A stretch of DNA of 64,000 nucleotides from Agarilytica sp. (GTDB lineage: Bacteria; Pseudomonadota; Gammaproteobacteria; Pseudomonadales; Cellvibrionaceae), in contig JAWSUZ010000004.1 in assembly GCA_033852165.1 (NCBI GenBank), positions 4,692-68,691 on the forward strand. Reading direction: 5' to 3'. Both the position numbers and the translations under genes were made by a program. The notes beneath the pieces were generated by a model, which saw only the letters and a program-made list of their open reading frames with translations, was not told the origin of the DNA and did no database searches. Of the stretch, positions 28,076 through 37,415 are shown piece after piece (position 1 is the stretch's first letter; each line of letters opens with the position of its first letter).

Positions 28076-29323
28076 ATGAGCAAATTGTTAGCGATTGGCG
28101 CGGTTGCGTTATTGGGTACGGCGTCGACTGCCTTTGCGGCACCTAGCCAAGAAGAAATGTGGAAAATCATTCAGCAACAACAAGCTGAAATTACGAGCCT
28201 TAAAGAAGAACAAAAGAAGACTGATGAAGCTGTAGCCGAAACAGATAAAAAAGTAGAAGCGACAGCGGATGCGATCGAAGCAACAGGCGGCAGTATTCCT
28301 AAATCTTTACAGTGGGCTACAAACACTACTGTAGGCGGTTACGGCGAGCACCACTACAGTAACTATAAAGATTCGGGCGCTCCGGGCGCAGTGGAAAAAA
28401 ACAGCTCTGTTGATGCGCATCGATATGTATTGTTTATCGGTCACAAATTCTCTGACACTGTTCGGTTCTTTTCTGAATTTGAACTTGAGCATGGTCTTGC
28501 TGGAGGTGGTACTGATGGAGAAGGTAATGCTGATAAACCTGGCGAAGTAGAGCTTGAGCAAGCTTACATTGAATGGGATTACTCAAATAACCATTCATTG
28601 GTTGTTGGTCAGTTCTTGGTGCCAGTAGGTATTCTTAATGAAACGCACGAGCCAAATACTTTTTATGGCGTTGAGCGTAATCTAGTCGAAAAAAATATCG
28701 TTCCGACCACGTGGTGGGAAAGTGGTGTTATGTTTAAAGGCCAGATCGCACCAGGTTTGAAGTATGATTTCGCTATCCACAGTGGTCTGCATAATGACGG
28801 TTTTAATATTCGAAAAGGTCGTCAAAAATCGGCTAAAGCAGTAGCGAACGATTTGGCGTATACCGGTCGTATTAAATACACGGGAGTTACAGGTTTAGAG
28901 GTAGCTGCGACACTTCAATACCAAGAAGATCTTACTCAGCGTGCCAATAATGAAGTGGGAGAGACTTCTTCTGCGACATTATTCGAAGCGCATGCGATCT
29001 ACAATGTTGGCGATTTCAGTGTTCGTGCTCTAATGGCTGAGTGGGATATTGATAGCGATGTAGCAGAAGATACAGGCCGAGATGAGCAATCTGGTTGGTA
29101 TATTGAGCCTTCTTATAAAGTTATGGATAACTTAGGTCTGTTCATCCGTTACAGTCGTTGGGATAATACTGCTGGCGCAACAGGTAGCGAAGCAAAGCGC
29201 GCTACTGACTACGGTCTTAACTATTGGTTGACCTCGCAAGTTGTCTTCAAAGTTGATTACCAAAATGCGCATGAAGATACTAGTGTCGATAGCCTCAATA
29301 TTGGTGTTGGCTGGTCCTTCTAA
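28076..29323 (+). CDS. Outer-membrane porin-like beta-barrel with N-terminal coiled coil (phosphate-selective porin-like)
   Basis: Signal peptide, IQQQQAEITSLKEEQ coil, GGYGEHHY, ELEQAYIEW, C-terminal GWSF. Confidence 0.75.
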   Translation: MSKLLAIGAVALLGTASTAFAAPSQEEMWKIIQQQQAEITSLKEEQKKTDEAVAETDKKVEATADAIEATGGSIPKSLQWATNTTVGGYGEHHYSNYKDSGAPGAVEKNSSVDAHRYVLFIGHKFSDTVRFFSEFELEHGLAGGGTDGEGNADKPGEVELEQAYIEWDYSNNHSLVVGQFLVPVGILNETHEPNTFYGVERNLVEKNIVPTTWWESGVMFKGQIAPGLKYDFAIHSGLHNDGFNIRKGRQKSAKAVANDLAYTGRIKYTGVTGLEVAATLQYQEDLTQRANNEVGETSSATLFEAHAIYNVGDFSVRALMAEWDIDSDVAEDTGRDEQSGWYIEPSYKVMDNLGLFIRYSRWDNTAGATGSEAKRATDYGLNYWLTSQVVFKVDYQNAHEDTSVDSLNIGVGWSF

Positions 29324-29351
29324 TTCTTGCTGAATTACAAGCAAGCAAGAT

Positions 29352-29376
29352 AAAAGGTGGCACTGCCACCTTTTTT
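29352..29376 (+). terminator. Hairpin between the porin and FMN-binding genes
   Basis: AAAAGGTGGC-ACT-GCCACCTTTTTT. Confidence 0.7.
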
Positions 29377-29395
29377 GCGTTGGACGATTTCATAA

Positions 29396-29926
29396 ATGAC
29401 AAAATATTGGTTTAGTTTTTTGCTGCTATTTCCGGCAATTGCGGTCTCGGAAGTTCTCAAGTCCTCAGAGCAGTTTATTGAAGAAGCTTTTGAATCTTCG
29501 CCAAAGCGCGAGGTTCTATGGCTTAATCAAGAGATAAAAGCTCAAGTCCGGAAAGAGATTGATTATCAGCTAAACCAATTGCGTGTGCGTTATTGGGCGC
29601 AGGGTTCGCGCACGGCATGGATTCTAGAAGAGGTTGGCAAGGAGGAGGTCATCACCATCGGTGTTGTTGTCGATAATGATAAAATCGAACACTTTAATGT
29701 ATTGGTCTACCGCGAAAGTCGTGGTGGAGAGATTAAACATAGCTTCTTTACCAAGCAGTTTATTGGCGCTGGCTTAAAGCTCGCGCGTAATAAAATGGGT
29801 TTGAGTGAGCGAATCGACGGTATAACTGGAGCCACTCTTTCCGTGCGCGCGACGAAAAAGGTCGCTACACTGGCGCTCTTTTTACACCAGCAAACCGATT
29901 ACGCCACCCATGTCGAGAAAAAGTAA
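29396..29926 (+). CDS. Exported FMN-binding domain protein
   Basis: Signal peptide; flavinylation motif DGITGAT. Confidence 0.85.
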   Translation: MTKYWFSFLLLFPAIAVSEVLKSSEQFIEEAFESSPKREVLWLNQEIKAQVRKEIDYQLNQLRVRYWAQGSRTAWILEEVGKEEVITIGVVVDNDKIEHFNVLVYRESRGGEIKHSFFTKQFIGAGLKLARNKMGLSERIDGITGATLSVRATKKVATLALFLHQQTDYATHVEKK

Positions 29927-30656
29927 GCTACGTCGCAACATCACCCTATGGCATAAACGAATAGGCTTAATTAGCGCCATATTTGTTTTCATTCTGAGCG
30001 CTACAGGATTCCTCCTTAATCACACGTCAGACTTCTCTCTCGATAGTCGCTATATCACTTCTTCTTGGCTGCTTAAGCTTTATTCCGTTGAGAGTCCTGA
30101 ACTTCGCTCGTATAAGCTGGGGGATGATTGGGTGAGTCAGGCGGGTGAATCGCTGTTTTTTAATGGTGAATACTTGTCTGATTGTGGTGGGCAGTTGGTT
30201 GGTGCAGTTAGCTTAAAAAATTATTGGGTTGCCGTTTGCAAAGAAAGTAGTGTTCTGTTTTCGTTTGAAAATAGTGTTATTGAAACTGTTGATGATGCGT
30301 TCGGATTACCTGTGCCCATTGCGAGGGCGGGTTTGTGCGGTACTTATGTCTGTGTAAGGAGCGGCGGGGGCGATATTCGGCTTAATTTTGAGTCGCTGGA
30401 ATGGGAGGGCGTGACTGACCAAAAAGTGCTTTGGTCTCGGCCTGGCCAGCTTCCGGGGGATATGGAGGCCGCTGTTGAATTGATGTCGAAGTCCAAGGTG
30501 ATTAGTGTAGAGAAGGTTGTTCTAGATCTTCATGCGGGTCGATTCTTTGGTTGGGCTAGTCAATTCCTTGTGGATGTTATGGCGTTGTGTTTTTGTTTGT
30601 TTGCTGGTTCTGGGGTTTATGTTTGGGCTTCAAAGCGTCAAAAAAAGAGTCTTTAG
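29910..30656 (+). CDS. PepSY-associated TM domain protein
   Basis: WHKRIGL..SATGFLLNH at the N-terminus and LDLHAGRFFG at the C-terminus; overlaps the FMN-binding gene. Confidence 0.8.
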   Translation: MSRKSKLRRNITLWHKRIGLISAIFVFILSATGFLLNHTSDFSLDSRYITSSWLLKLYSVESPELRSYKLGDDWVSQAGESLFFNGEYLSDCGGQLVGAVSLKNYWVAVCKESSVLFSFENSVIETVDDAFGLPVPIARAGLCGTYVCVRSGGGDIRLNFESLEWEGVTDQKVLWSRPGQLPGDMEAAVELMSKSKVISVEKVVLDLHAGRFFGWASQFLVDVMALCFCLFAGSGVYVWASKRQKKSL

Positions 30657-30991
30657 TCTTAATCTATTTGAGTGTGAGTAGCTATTCGTCTATTCCCTTC
30701 TCTGTCCAAAAAATAGCGTTACCTAGGTATGTTTAAAGGTCCGTGGCTTTGTCTGTAATCTTCAACTATCTTCATTTGTCCGCGTTATGATCAGAGTCGT
30801 TTAGGTTTTTCGGCGTACTCTTGATCTTCGTAATACCAAAAGTGTTTGCTTTGCTGCTATAGGGCGGAGTTTTGTTCGGGTTGCTCTAATAGGCAGGGAA
30901 GGAGCTTTGGTAGCTGCTGTCCAAGAAGGTAAAGGGCGAACTGGTCGTTGGGTTATGGGATTCGTATGGATAGAGGGTTTTACGCGCGAAT

Positions 30992-31016
30992 AAAAAGGGC
31001 GCCAATAGGCGCCCTT
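30992..31016 (-). terminator. Intrinsic terminator of the TonB-dependent receptor gene
   Basis: Minus strand AAGGGCGCC-TATT-GGCGCCCTTTTT. Confidence 0.75.
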
Positions 31017-31040
31017 AACAACTCTTACTTAGTTTGAGTA

Positions 31041-33407
31041 TTAATACTCATAGCCTAGAGTTAGAGTGATAGTGCGAGGATCGCCGTAGTAGCCGAGGAT
31101 TGCATCTTCGCCCGCTGTAGCTGGGAAGTTGTATCCGCCTGTACGATACTCTTCGTCAGCAAGGTTTTTGCCGCTAAGAATAGCTGTCCAGCTCTCTTCT
31201 GGAGATTTCCAAACTACGCTAGCATCGATTAGGTCATAGCTTTCCTGATCGATGATAGATTCAGTAGCTTCAAACATGCGAACATCATCACGGAATGAGT
31301 ATGCAATATTGAATTGCAAGCTGCCAGAGCTGCCAATATCGAGATTGTAAGAAGTTGCGAGTTGGAAGTTCATGTCGGGAGCGTTCTGCATGCCCCATGC
31401 TTCATAAAAAACACCATTCACAGTATTGTCGTTTGCTCGGTTTATGACGGTTAGTACTGGGTCGCCATCTCCGTTAACTGCACCGGTGGGAACTGTTTCG
31501 TCAACTGTGTCGAACTCGGCATCTAGCAGGCCTAGAGCCATGTTGATTGTCCAACTTTCAGTCGCTTGGAATGTAGCTTCAAGTTCAAGACCTTGGATTG
31601 TTGCTTCACCAGCGTTCACTACTGTCGACGAGAAGAATGATGGAGCGGGAGCCGGTGATTGAACAGTAACTTGCATGTCCGTGTAATCGGTATAGAAGAG
31701 TCCCAAGTTCAAGCGTAAGCGATTATCAAAGAGTTGAGTTTTTAGGCCTGTTTCATAAGTGACTACAGTTTCTGGGTCGAAACCTTCGACTGCATTTGGC
31801 TCAACAACTGCATCGGTACGCATATCAAATCCGCCAGACTTAAAGCCCTCAGAGTAAGATACGTATACTAAAGTCTCATCATTCAACTTGTAATCAAGTT
31901 TAATGGTGGGAGAAAACTCATTCCATGAATCATTCATGTCATTTTTATCAAAGTCTGTACGTGTAGCTACAAGCGTATCGTACTGGGCTAAGCCATGTGT
32001 TAAAGCTGAACCTTGGCTAGTTGTGCCTGGTATGGAGTTAGCTGTAACAATAAAGAATCGTTGAGCGAGTGCAGATTTTTCATCTCTTGTGTAGCGACCG
32101 CCGGCAGTTAGGGTTAATGAATCTGTGAAACTCCAGTTAACATTAACGTAAGCCCCGGTACTTTCGGTGTCAACTTCGCCGTTAACGCCGTTGCTGAATG
32201 CGCTGCCATCAAGAATTGCTCCTGAGAAATGACCAAATAGGGCATCAAATGCGCCAGTTGCAGTGCCGTCGTAGTAGAATAGGCCACCAACGATAGCAAG
32301 GCTATCCATTGTGTAGTTAATCTGTACTTCAGCTGTAGTTTGCTCGTCATTGTAAAATGCAGGAATGTCAAAAGAATCTAGTGGGGTACCGTCGAAGTCG
32401 ATAAACGTTTTAGTTGAGCCTGAGCGGTTAGCCAACACAAACTTTGATGAAAGTTCGTCGGTAATATCATATTGAACAGTTAAAGATACGCCTCGAGACA
32501 GAACTTCTTGCTCTTCAGTCATTCCACACTCTGAATCATAAACAGATTCGCGAGGTCCAAAAAATTCACCGTTAGGTCCGGCAACAGTGTTGTCCGCGAA
32601 ACGCGAACCACAACGGCTGTTTGAAGTATCTTCAAGAGCGTCAGCGGCTACGCGAATAAATAAAGAGTCGGTCGGAGAGTATTCAACAGAAGCTCGTGCC
32701 GCTTTAACGTCTTTATTGTAGTTTTCTTCTGTACGGTTGAAAGTTTGGTCAGCAGGGTCGTAGTCTTTATATTGAGTGCCGAAGCCGTCTCTTTTCAAGA
32801 TGCCAACTGCAAAGCCAAAATACAGCTCATCTTCGATAAGAGGTATTTGGTTAGCGACTTTAATGTCGTTTTGACCTGCAGTACCAACAGCAACTTTAAC
32901 GCTACCGCTGTGCTCGCCAGTCATTTTCTTAGTGATGTACTTAATCGCGCCACCAATGGTGTTTTTACCGTAAAGAGTACCTTGTGGTCCACGAAGGATT
33001 TCTAAACGCTCTAGATCCATAAGATCCATAACCGCGCCTTGAGGGCGAGCGATGTAAACGTCATCCAGATAAACACCGACGCCTGGCTCGAAACCCCAAA
33101 GAGGATCTTGTTGGCCGATACCACGGATGAACGCAGTAAGAGTAGAGTTAGTACCACGGCTAGCGCGCAATTGTGCGTTAGGAGTACTTTTTTCGATATC
33201 GATGATAGTTGATGCGCCAGCAGCTTCTAATTGAGCTGGAGAGAACGCAGTAATAGCAATAGGAACTTCTTGTAGGTTTTGCTCACGCTTCTGAGCAGTA
33301 ACAATAACTTCTTCTAGCTGAGGAGCTGCGAAAGTTGGTACCGAGATCGGTAACGCAATCGCCACTGCAACCGCAAGCGGATTTAAAAGTAATTTAGTTT
33401 TTTTCAT
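31041..33407 (-). CDS. TonB-dependent receptor
   Basis: Signal peptide, LEEVIVTAQKRE, plug motifs FIRGIGQ and LEILRGPQGTLYGKN, C-terminal LGYEY. Confidence 0.95.
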   Translation of the reverse strand: MKKTKLLLNPLAVAVAIALPISVPTFAAPQLEEVIVTAQKREQNLQEVPIAITAFSPAQLEAAGASTIIDIEKSTPNAQLRASRGTNSTLTAFIRGIGQQDPLWGFEPGVGVYLDDVYIARPQGAVMDLMDLERLEILRGPQGTLYGKNTIGGAIKYITKKMTGEHSGSVKVAVGTAGQNDIKVANQIPLIEDELYFGFAVGILKRDGFGTQYKDYDPADQTFNRTEENYNKDVKAARASVEYSPTDSLFIRVAADALEDTSNSRCGSRFADNTVAGPNGEFFGPRESVYDSECGMTEEQEVLSRGVSLTVQYDITDELSSKFVLANRSGSTKTFIDFDGTPLDSFDIPAFYNDEQTTAEVQINYTMDSLAIVGGLFYYDGTATGAFDALFGHFSGAILDGSAFSNGVNGEVDTESTGAYVNVNWSFTDSLTLTAGGRYTRDEKSALAQRFFIVTANSIPGTTSQGSALTHGLAQYDTLVATRTDFDKNDMNDSWNEFSPTIKLDYKLNDETLVYVSYSEGFKSGGFDMRTDAVVEPNAVEGFDPETVVTYETGLKTQLFDNRLRLNLGLFYTDYTDMQVTVQSPAPAPSFFSSTVVNAGEATIQGLELEATFQATESWTINMALGLLDAEFDTVDETVPTGAVNGDGDPVLTVINRANDNTVNGVFYEAWGMQNAPDMNFQLATSYNLDIGSSGSLQFNIAYSFRDDVRMFEATESIIDQESYDLIDASVVWKSPEESWTAILSGKNLADEEYRTGGYNFPATAGEDAILGYYGDPRTITLTLGYEY

Positions 33408-33715
33408 GATGCACACCTGTGTGGTTATCTATTAGTTGATGTTTTATTTTTTTGATGATGTGTTTATCCGGAGCATTCTAATGCTATTCCACTTCTTGCA
33501 GCAAGCTTAAATATCGTGTCTTTTTTAATTTACTGTTTACTAATAAATGATGCTCACGACGCACCTGCAGCAAATCTGATCATTAATTAACCTTATTTTT
33601 AATTTTCTACTGTTTTCTAAAATTCACTTCACTCAAGGTTGTAGCGGAACTACACTCATCACTCGTTAACACTATCTTTAACAATAAAAGTAAATAGATT
33701 TTTAAAAGGCCAATT

Positions 33716-35026
33716 ATGATTAGTGTGTTGGGATTAATAACGGCGCTTGTGTTGCTCGTAATTTTAACGATCCGCGGAATGAATTTGATGATTGCGGCGC
33801 CATTCTGTGCGATTCTTGTTGCATTGACCGGGGGTTTGCCAATTATTCCTGATGTTACGCAGACTCAAAGCTTTATTACTGTGTATATGGATGGCTTTGC
33901 TGGGTTCCTTGGCGCATGGTTCTTTATGTTCTTGCTGGGTTCTTTGTTCGGTAAGTTTATGGAAGAATCGGGCGCTGCCGATAAAATCGCGTTAACAATT
34001 GTTGATTGCCTGGGAATGAAAAACGCCGTTGCGGCAATTATTATTTCTTGCGCGATTATGACTTATGGCGGTGTTAGCTTATTTGTTGTGGCGTTTTCCG
34101 TTTACCCAATGGCTGTCAGCTTATTTAAAAAGGCGGACTTACCACGCCGGTTTATTCCTGCTGCGATGGCTTTTGGTTCTGTAACTTTTACGATGACTTC
34201 AGCGGGATCGCCAGAAATTCAAAACTGGATTCCGATTAAGTATCTGGGTACTACCCCGTATGCGGCATGGGAAGTTAGCTTGTTTGTCGCGATCTGTATG
34301 GCGTCTTTTGGCTTTTGGTGGCTAAGTCGTATGGTTAAAAGTGCTCTTGCTAAGGGGGAGACGTTTTCTGCGAGAAAGGATGACCCAGAGCCAAAGGACT
34401 TGGATTCCCTTCCTCCTTTTTGGGCTTCTATTGTTCCGATCATCACGGTATTGATTATCACGTTTATCTTTCATGAGGAATACGCGCAATATTCGCTGGT
34501 TATGTCTTTGGCCTCCGGCTGCCTGGCGGCTTGGTTTGTGACCCATCGCAGTATGGAGGGCTTGGATCGGGTTGTGGCACAGGGCACAACTGGAGCCGTT
34601 ATTGCGATTGCGAATACTTCGGCGGTTGTTGGTTTTGGGTCGGTAGCGAAAGTCTCACCGGCATTTGATATAGCGGTTGATGCTATTACTAGCTTGCCGG
34701 GCAACGAGCTGATTGGTGCGGCGATTGCGGTAACGTCTATTGCTGCTATGACGGGGTCAGCATCCGGTGGTCAGAGTATTGCGTTACCGGTATTGGCGCC
34801 ACACTATTTAGACGCCGGTGTTGATCCGGAGGCATTGCACCGAGTTGTGGCGATATCGTCCGGGGCTTTGGATAGTTTGCCTCATAACGGCTATGTGGTG
34901 ACTACAATTCGAGCAATTTGTCATGAGACACACAAGGCTGCATATGGCCCCATGGCCGCATTGACGGTGGTTATTCCTATGATGGGAACCATTTTAGCTC
35001 TTGCCTGCTTCATTCTATTTGACTAA
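33716..35026 (+). CDS. GntP-family permease, probable D-3-hydroxybutyrate permease
   Basis: LLGSLFGKFMEESGAA, LTYGGVSLFVV, AGSPEIQN, GSASGG, DSLPHNG; context. Confidence 0.88.
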   Translation: MISVLGLITALVLLVILTIRGMNLMIAAPFCAILVALTGGLPIIPDVTQTQSFITVYMDGFAGFLGAWFFMFLLGSLFGKFMEESGAADKIALTIVDCLGMKNAVAAIIISCAIMTYGGVSLFVVAFSVYPMAVSLFKKADLPRRFIPAAMAFGSVTFTMTSAGSPEIQNWIPIKYLGTTPYAAWEVSLFVAICMASFGFWWLSRMVKSALAKGETFSARKDDPEPKDLDSLPPFWASIVPIITVLIITFIFHEEYAQYSLVMSLASGCLAAWFVTHRSMEGLDRVVAQGTTGAVIAIANTSAVVGFGSVAKVSPAFDIAVDAITSLPGNELIGAAIAVTSIAAMTGSASGGQSIALPVLAPHYLDAGVDPEALHRVVAISSGALDSLPHNGYVVTTIRAICHETHKAAYGPMAALTVVIPMMGTILALACFILFD

Positions 35027-35240
35027 TTAGTTCCGTCACTAAGTGGACGGCCAATGCGAGCGCATTGAAAGCGCTATCTATGCACCGCTGGATATTGTTG
35101 CTTGGAATGACTAACGTGGTCATAACTGGCGGTGCAAATCCATTATGTTCAATCAGCTCTTGCTATACCCTTGTGGTATCGGCGGGTACCAGCTAACTGT
35201 ACATGAGAGTTTTGTTCGGTTAAGGTTTTCGGTAACTACG

Positions 35241-35279
35241 AAGCCGGTATTCAATTGCTTTGAATGCTGGCTTTTTTTT
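35241..35279 (+). terminator. Strong intrinsic terminator
   Basis: 14-bp stem AAGCCGGTATTCAA / TTGAATGCTGGCTT followed by a T run. Confidence 0.8.
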
Positions 35280-35363
35280 GTGCGCTAGAATTAAAGAAAT
35301 ACCGTTCCATGCGAGCAGGGCTTTAATTTTTCGTAGAGAGCTGTAATACGGAGTAACTAGTTT

Positions 35364-37412
35364 ATGGTGCTAAATAGTAAGGGCTATAGGCTGTCGTTAT
35401 TCGTCCTGTTTTCCGCGGTGATTTTTACGTCATGTGCTGTCTCACCTGTGAAGTCTAGCAACGGGCAAGCTCAACACCGTACGGCCTTTATGTTGGGGGG
35501 CGTCTCAAAGCTCTACTATGATGGAGAGTTTAATGACCTAGCCTATGGTGGCTTGGGTCTTGATGCTATTCGTAATGGTGAGGCGCCTGTTGTTTCCGAC
35601 CCGCTACGTCCTTCGATCTCTGATTTACGCCGTTTGGCGATCTATCACAATATTCGTTCATTGTCTGCGATGTCGGATAATGCCGGTTATGGCTCTCTTT
35701 ACGCCAATTTTGATCTAGCTGCTAGCCCGGTTAGCGGTTACGAATTTATTGCTCCTTTACTCTTTGATGATGGCCAAGTTGCCTCTGTTTTCATGCTTCA
35801 GGTACCCGATAATTTTGATTGGGACCATCCTTGCCTTATTTCGGCGGCGTCCTCCGCATCACGAGGAATATACGGAGCTATAGGGGTTGTAGGGCTTTGG
35901 GGCTTGGATAAAGGCTGTGCGGTGGTGCATTCTGACAAGGGCACTGGTACAGGGTTTTACTGGTTAAGTGATGATCAAACAGTTGATGTAAGTGGGCAGA
36001 TTAATAAGCCCAATGAAAATTCTCATTTTATTGTCGATAATGTCAAACAGTTTGCTCAGGCTTACCCAAACAGGGTCGCAACAAAGCATGCGCATAGCCA
36101 AAGAAATGTGGGGCGACACTGGGGAGGGGCAGTTCTATCGTCAATAGAGTACGCATTCGAGTTGCTCAATTCTGAATTTGGCGGACAGAAAAGGTTAACG
36201 CCGGAAAATACATTGGTGATTGGGGCGGGGATCTCGAACGGAGGAGGGGCTGTAGTTGTTGCTGCCGAACAGGATAAATCGCAATTTTTCGACGGGATAG
36301 TTTTGGCCGCGCCGAATATTCCGGTACCGGCTGGATATGAGTATCAATATAAAAGTGGCGAAGCAAGGAGTAGACGAGCTGCTCAGGAGACTCGTTCCCA
36401 CAGGGTGACCGTACTTGTCGAAGTGGGTTTTAATCTGGCGCTTTACTTGCCTTGCGCTGCTTTGTTTAGTGGAGAGCCCACCCATCCTGAGGGTCTGAAC
36501 GCTCATTGGCAGGCATTACTTGAAACGAGATGCAATAAACTCAAAGCTGCCGGTTTATTGTCTGGAAAGTCCTTTCGGGAGCAGAGCTTTGAATCTCTCC
36601 AGGTTTTAATACGTAGGGGGTATCCTGAAAGCGCAAATACCATGGCAACAACATTTGCACGCAATTTGTTATGGAATTCTTTAATGCTGAGCTACACCAG
36701 TGATTTGGGAGGGTATGGGGTTGGCGATCATTTATGTGATTACAGCTATGCCTATGCAAACTCCGAGGGGGAGCCTATCGTCACTCCTGATGAGGTAAAG
36801 GCGCTAGTTTTTGGTCGAACCCGGGGCAGCTTGCCAGCGTTGGGTATTCAGATTATGAACGACGCCAGTGCAGATGGCCCACGTGATCTTATGCATTCAG
36901 TTGATGCGGATGGTGTATTGGATTTGGGCTTTGATAATGTCATGTGCATGGAAAAACATTTGTTCTCTAAGCGTGTGCAAGACGGGTTAACGGCCATTCA
37001 AGCCTCAGGTAATTTGCAGGGGCTTCCCGCAATTATTGTGCATGGCGAAGCCGACAATATCATTCAGGTTAGAAATACGTCGCGAGCCTATGCCGTATTA
37101 AACTCTGAAGTGGAAGATAATTCTTCTTTGGTTTATTACGAGGTTAAAAATGCGCAGCATATTGACCGGCTGATTGATTACCCTCCATATAAAACGCAAT
37201 ACATCCCCTTGCAGTTCTATTTCGAAGAAGCGCTCGACTCTATGTATGAACACCTAACCGAAGGTACAGCTATTCCCGCGAGCCGTGAAATTTTAACGGT
37301 TCCGGCTACCGAGAAGGAAGAAAAGTTGACACGTAAAAATTTACCCTCTATTACTTCTGGTAATACGAACCCTATCGAAATTAAAAGTGGAGTTTTGGTT
37401 TTTGCCAATTAA
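35364..37412 (+). CDS. D-(-)-3-hydroxybutyrate oligomer hydrolase, probable lipoprotein
   Basis: Lipobox-like FTSC; RRLAIYHN, SSASRGIYGAIG, SDKGTG, ATKHAHSQ, ISNGGG, IIVHGEAD, QHID. Confidence 0.9.
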   Translation: MVLNSKGYRLSLFVLFSAVIFTSCAVSPVKSSNGQAQHRTAFMLGGVSKLYYDGEFNDLAYGGLGLDAIRNGEAPVVSDPLRPSISDLRRLAIYHNIRSLSAMSDNAGYGSLYANFDLAASPVSGYEFIAPLLFDDGQVASVFMLQVPDNFDWDHPCLISAASSASRGIYGAIGVVGLWGLDKGCAVVHSDKGTGTGFYWLSDDQTVDVSGQINKPNENSHFIVDNVKQFAQAYPNRVATKHAHSQRNVGRHWGGAVLSSIEYAFELLNSEFGGQKRLTPENTLVIGAGISNGGGAVVVAAEQDKSQFFDGIVLAAPNIPVPAGYEYQYKSGEARSRRAAQETRSHRVTVLVEVGFNLALYLPCAALFSGEPTHPEGLNAHWQALLETRCNKLKAAGLLSGKSFREQSFESLQVLIRRGYPESANTMATTFARNLLWNSLMLSYTSDLGGYGVGDHLCDYSYAYANSEGEPIVTPDEVKALVFGRTRGSLPALGIQIMNDASADGPRDLMHSVDADGVLDLGFDNVMCMEKHLFSKRVQDGLTAIQASGNLQGLPAIIVHGEADNIIQVRNTSRAYAVLNSEVEDNSSLVYYEVKNAQHIDRLIDYPPYKTQYIPLQFYFEEALDSMYEHLTEGTAIPASREILTVPATEKEEKLTRKNLPSITSGNTNPIEIKSGVLVFAN

Positions 37413-37415
37413 CGT

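Noticed and set aside
31041-33407. TonB receptor considered as a siderophore receptor belonging to the Fur cluster
   Set aside because: It is convergent to that cluster with its own terminator, shares a divergent promoter with the 3HB permease, and no Fur box was seen there.
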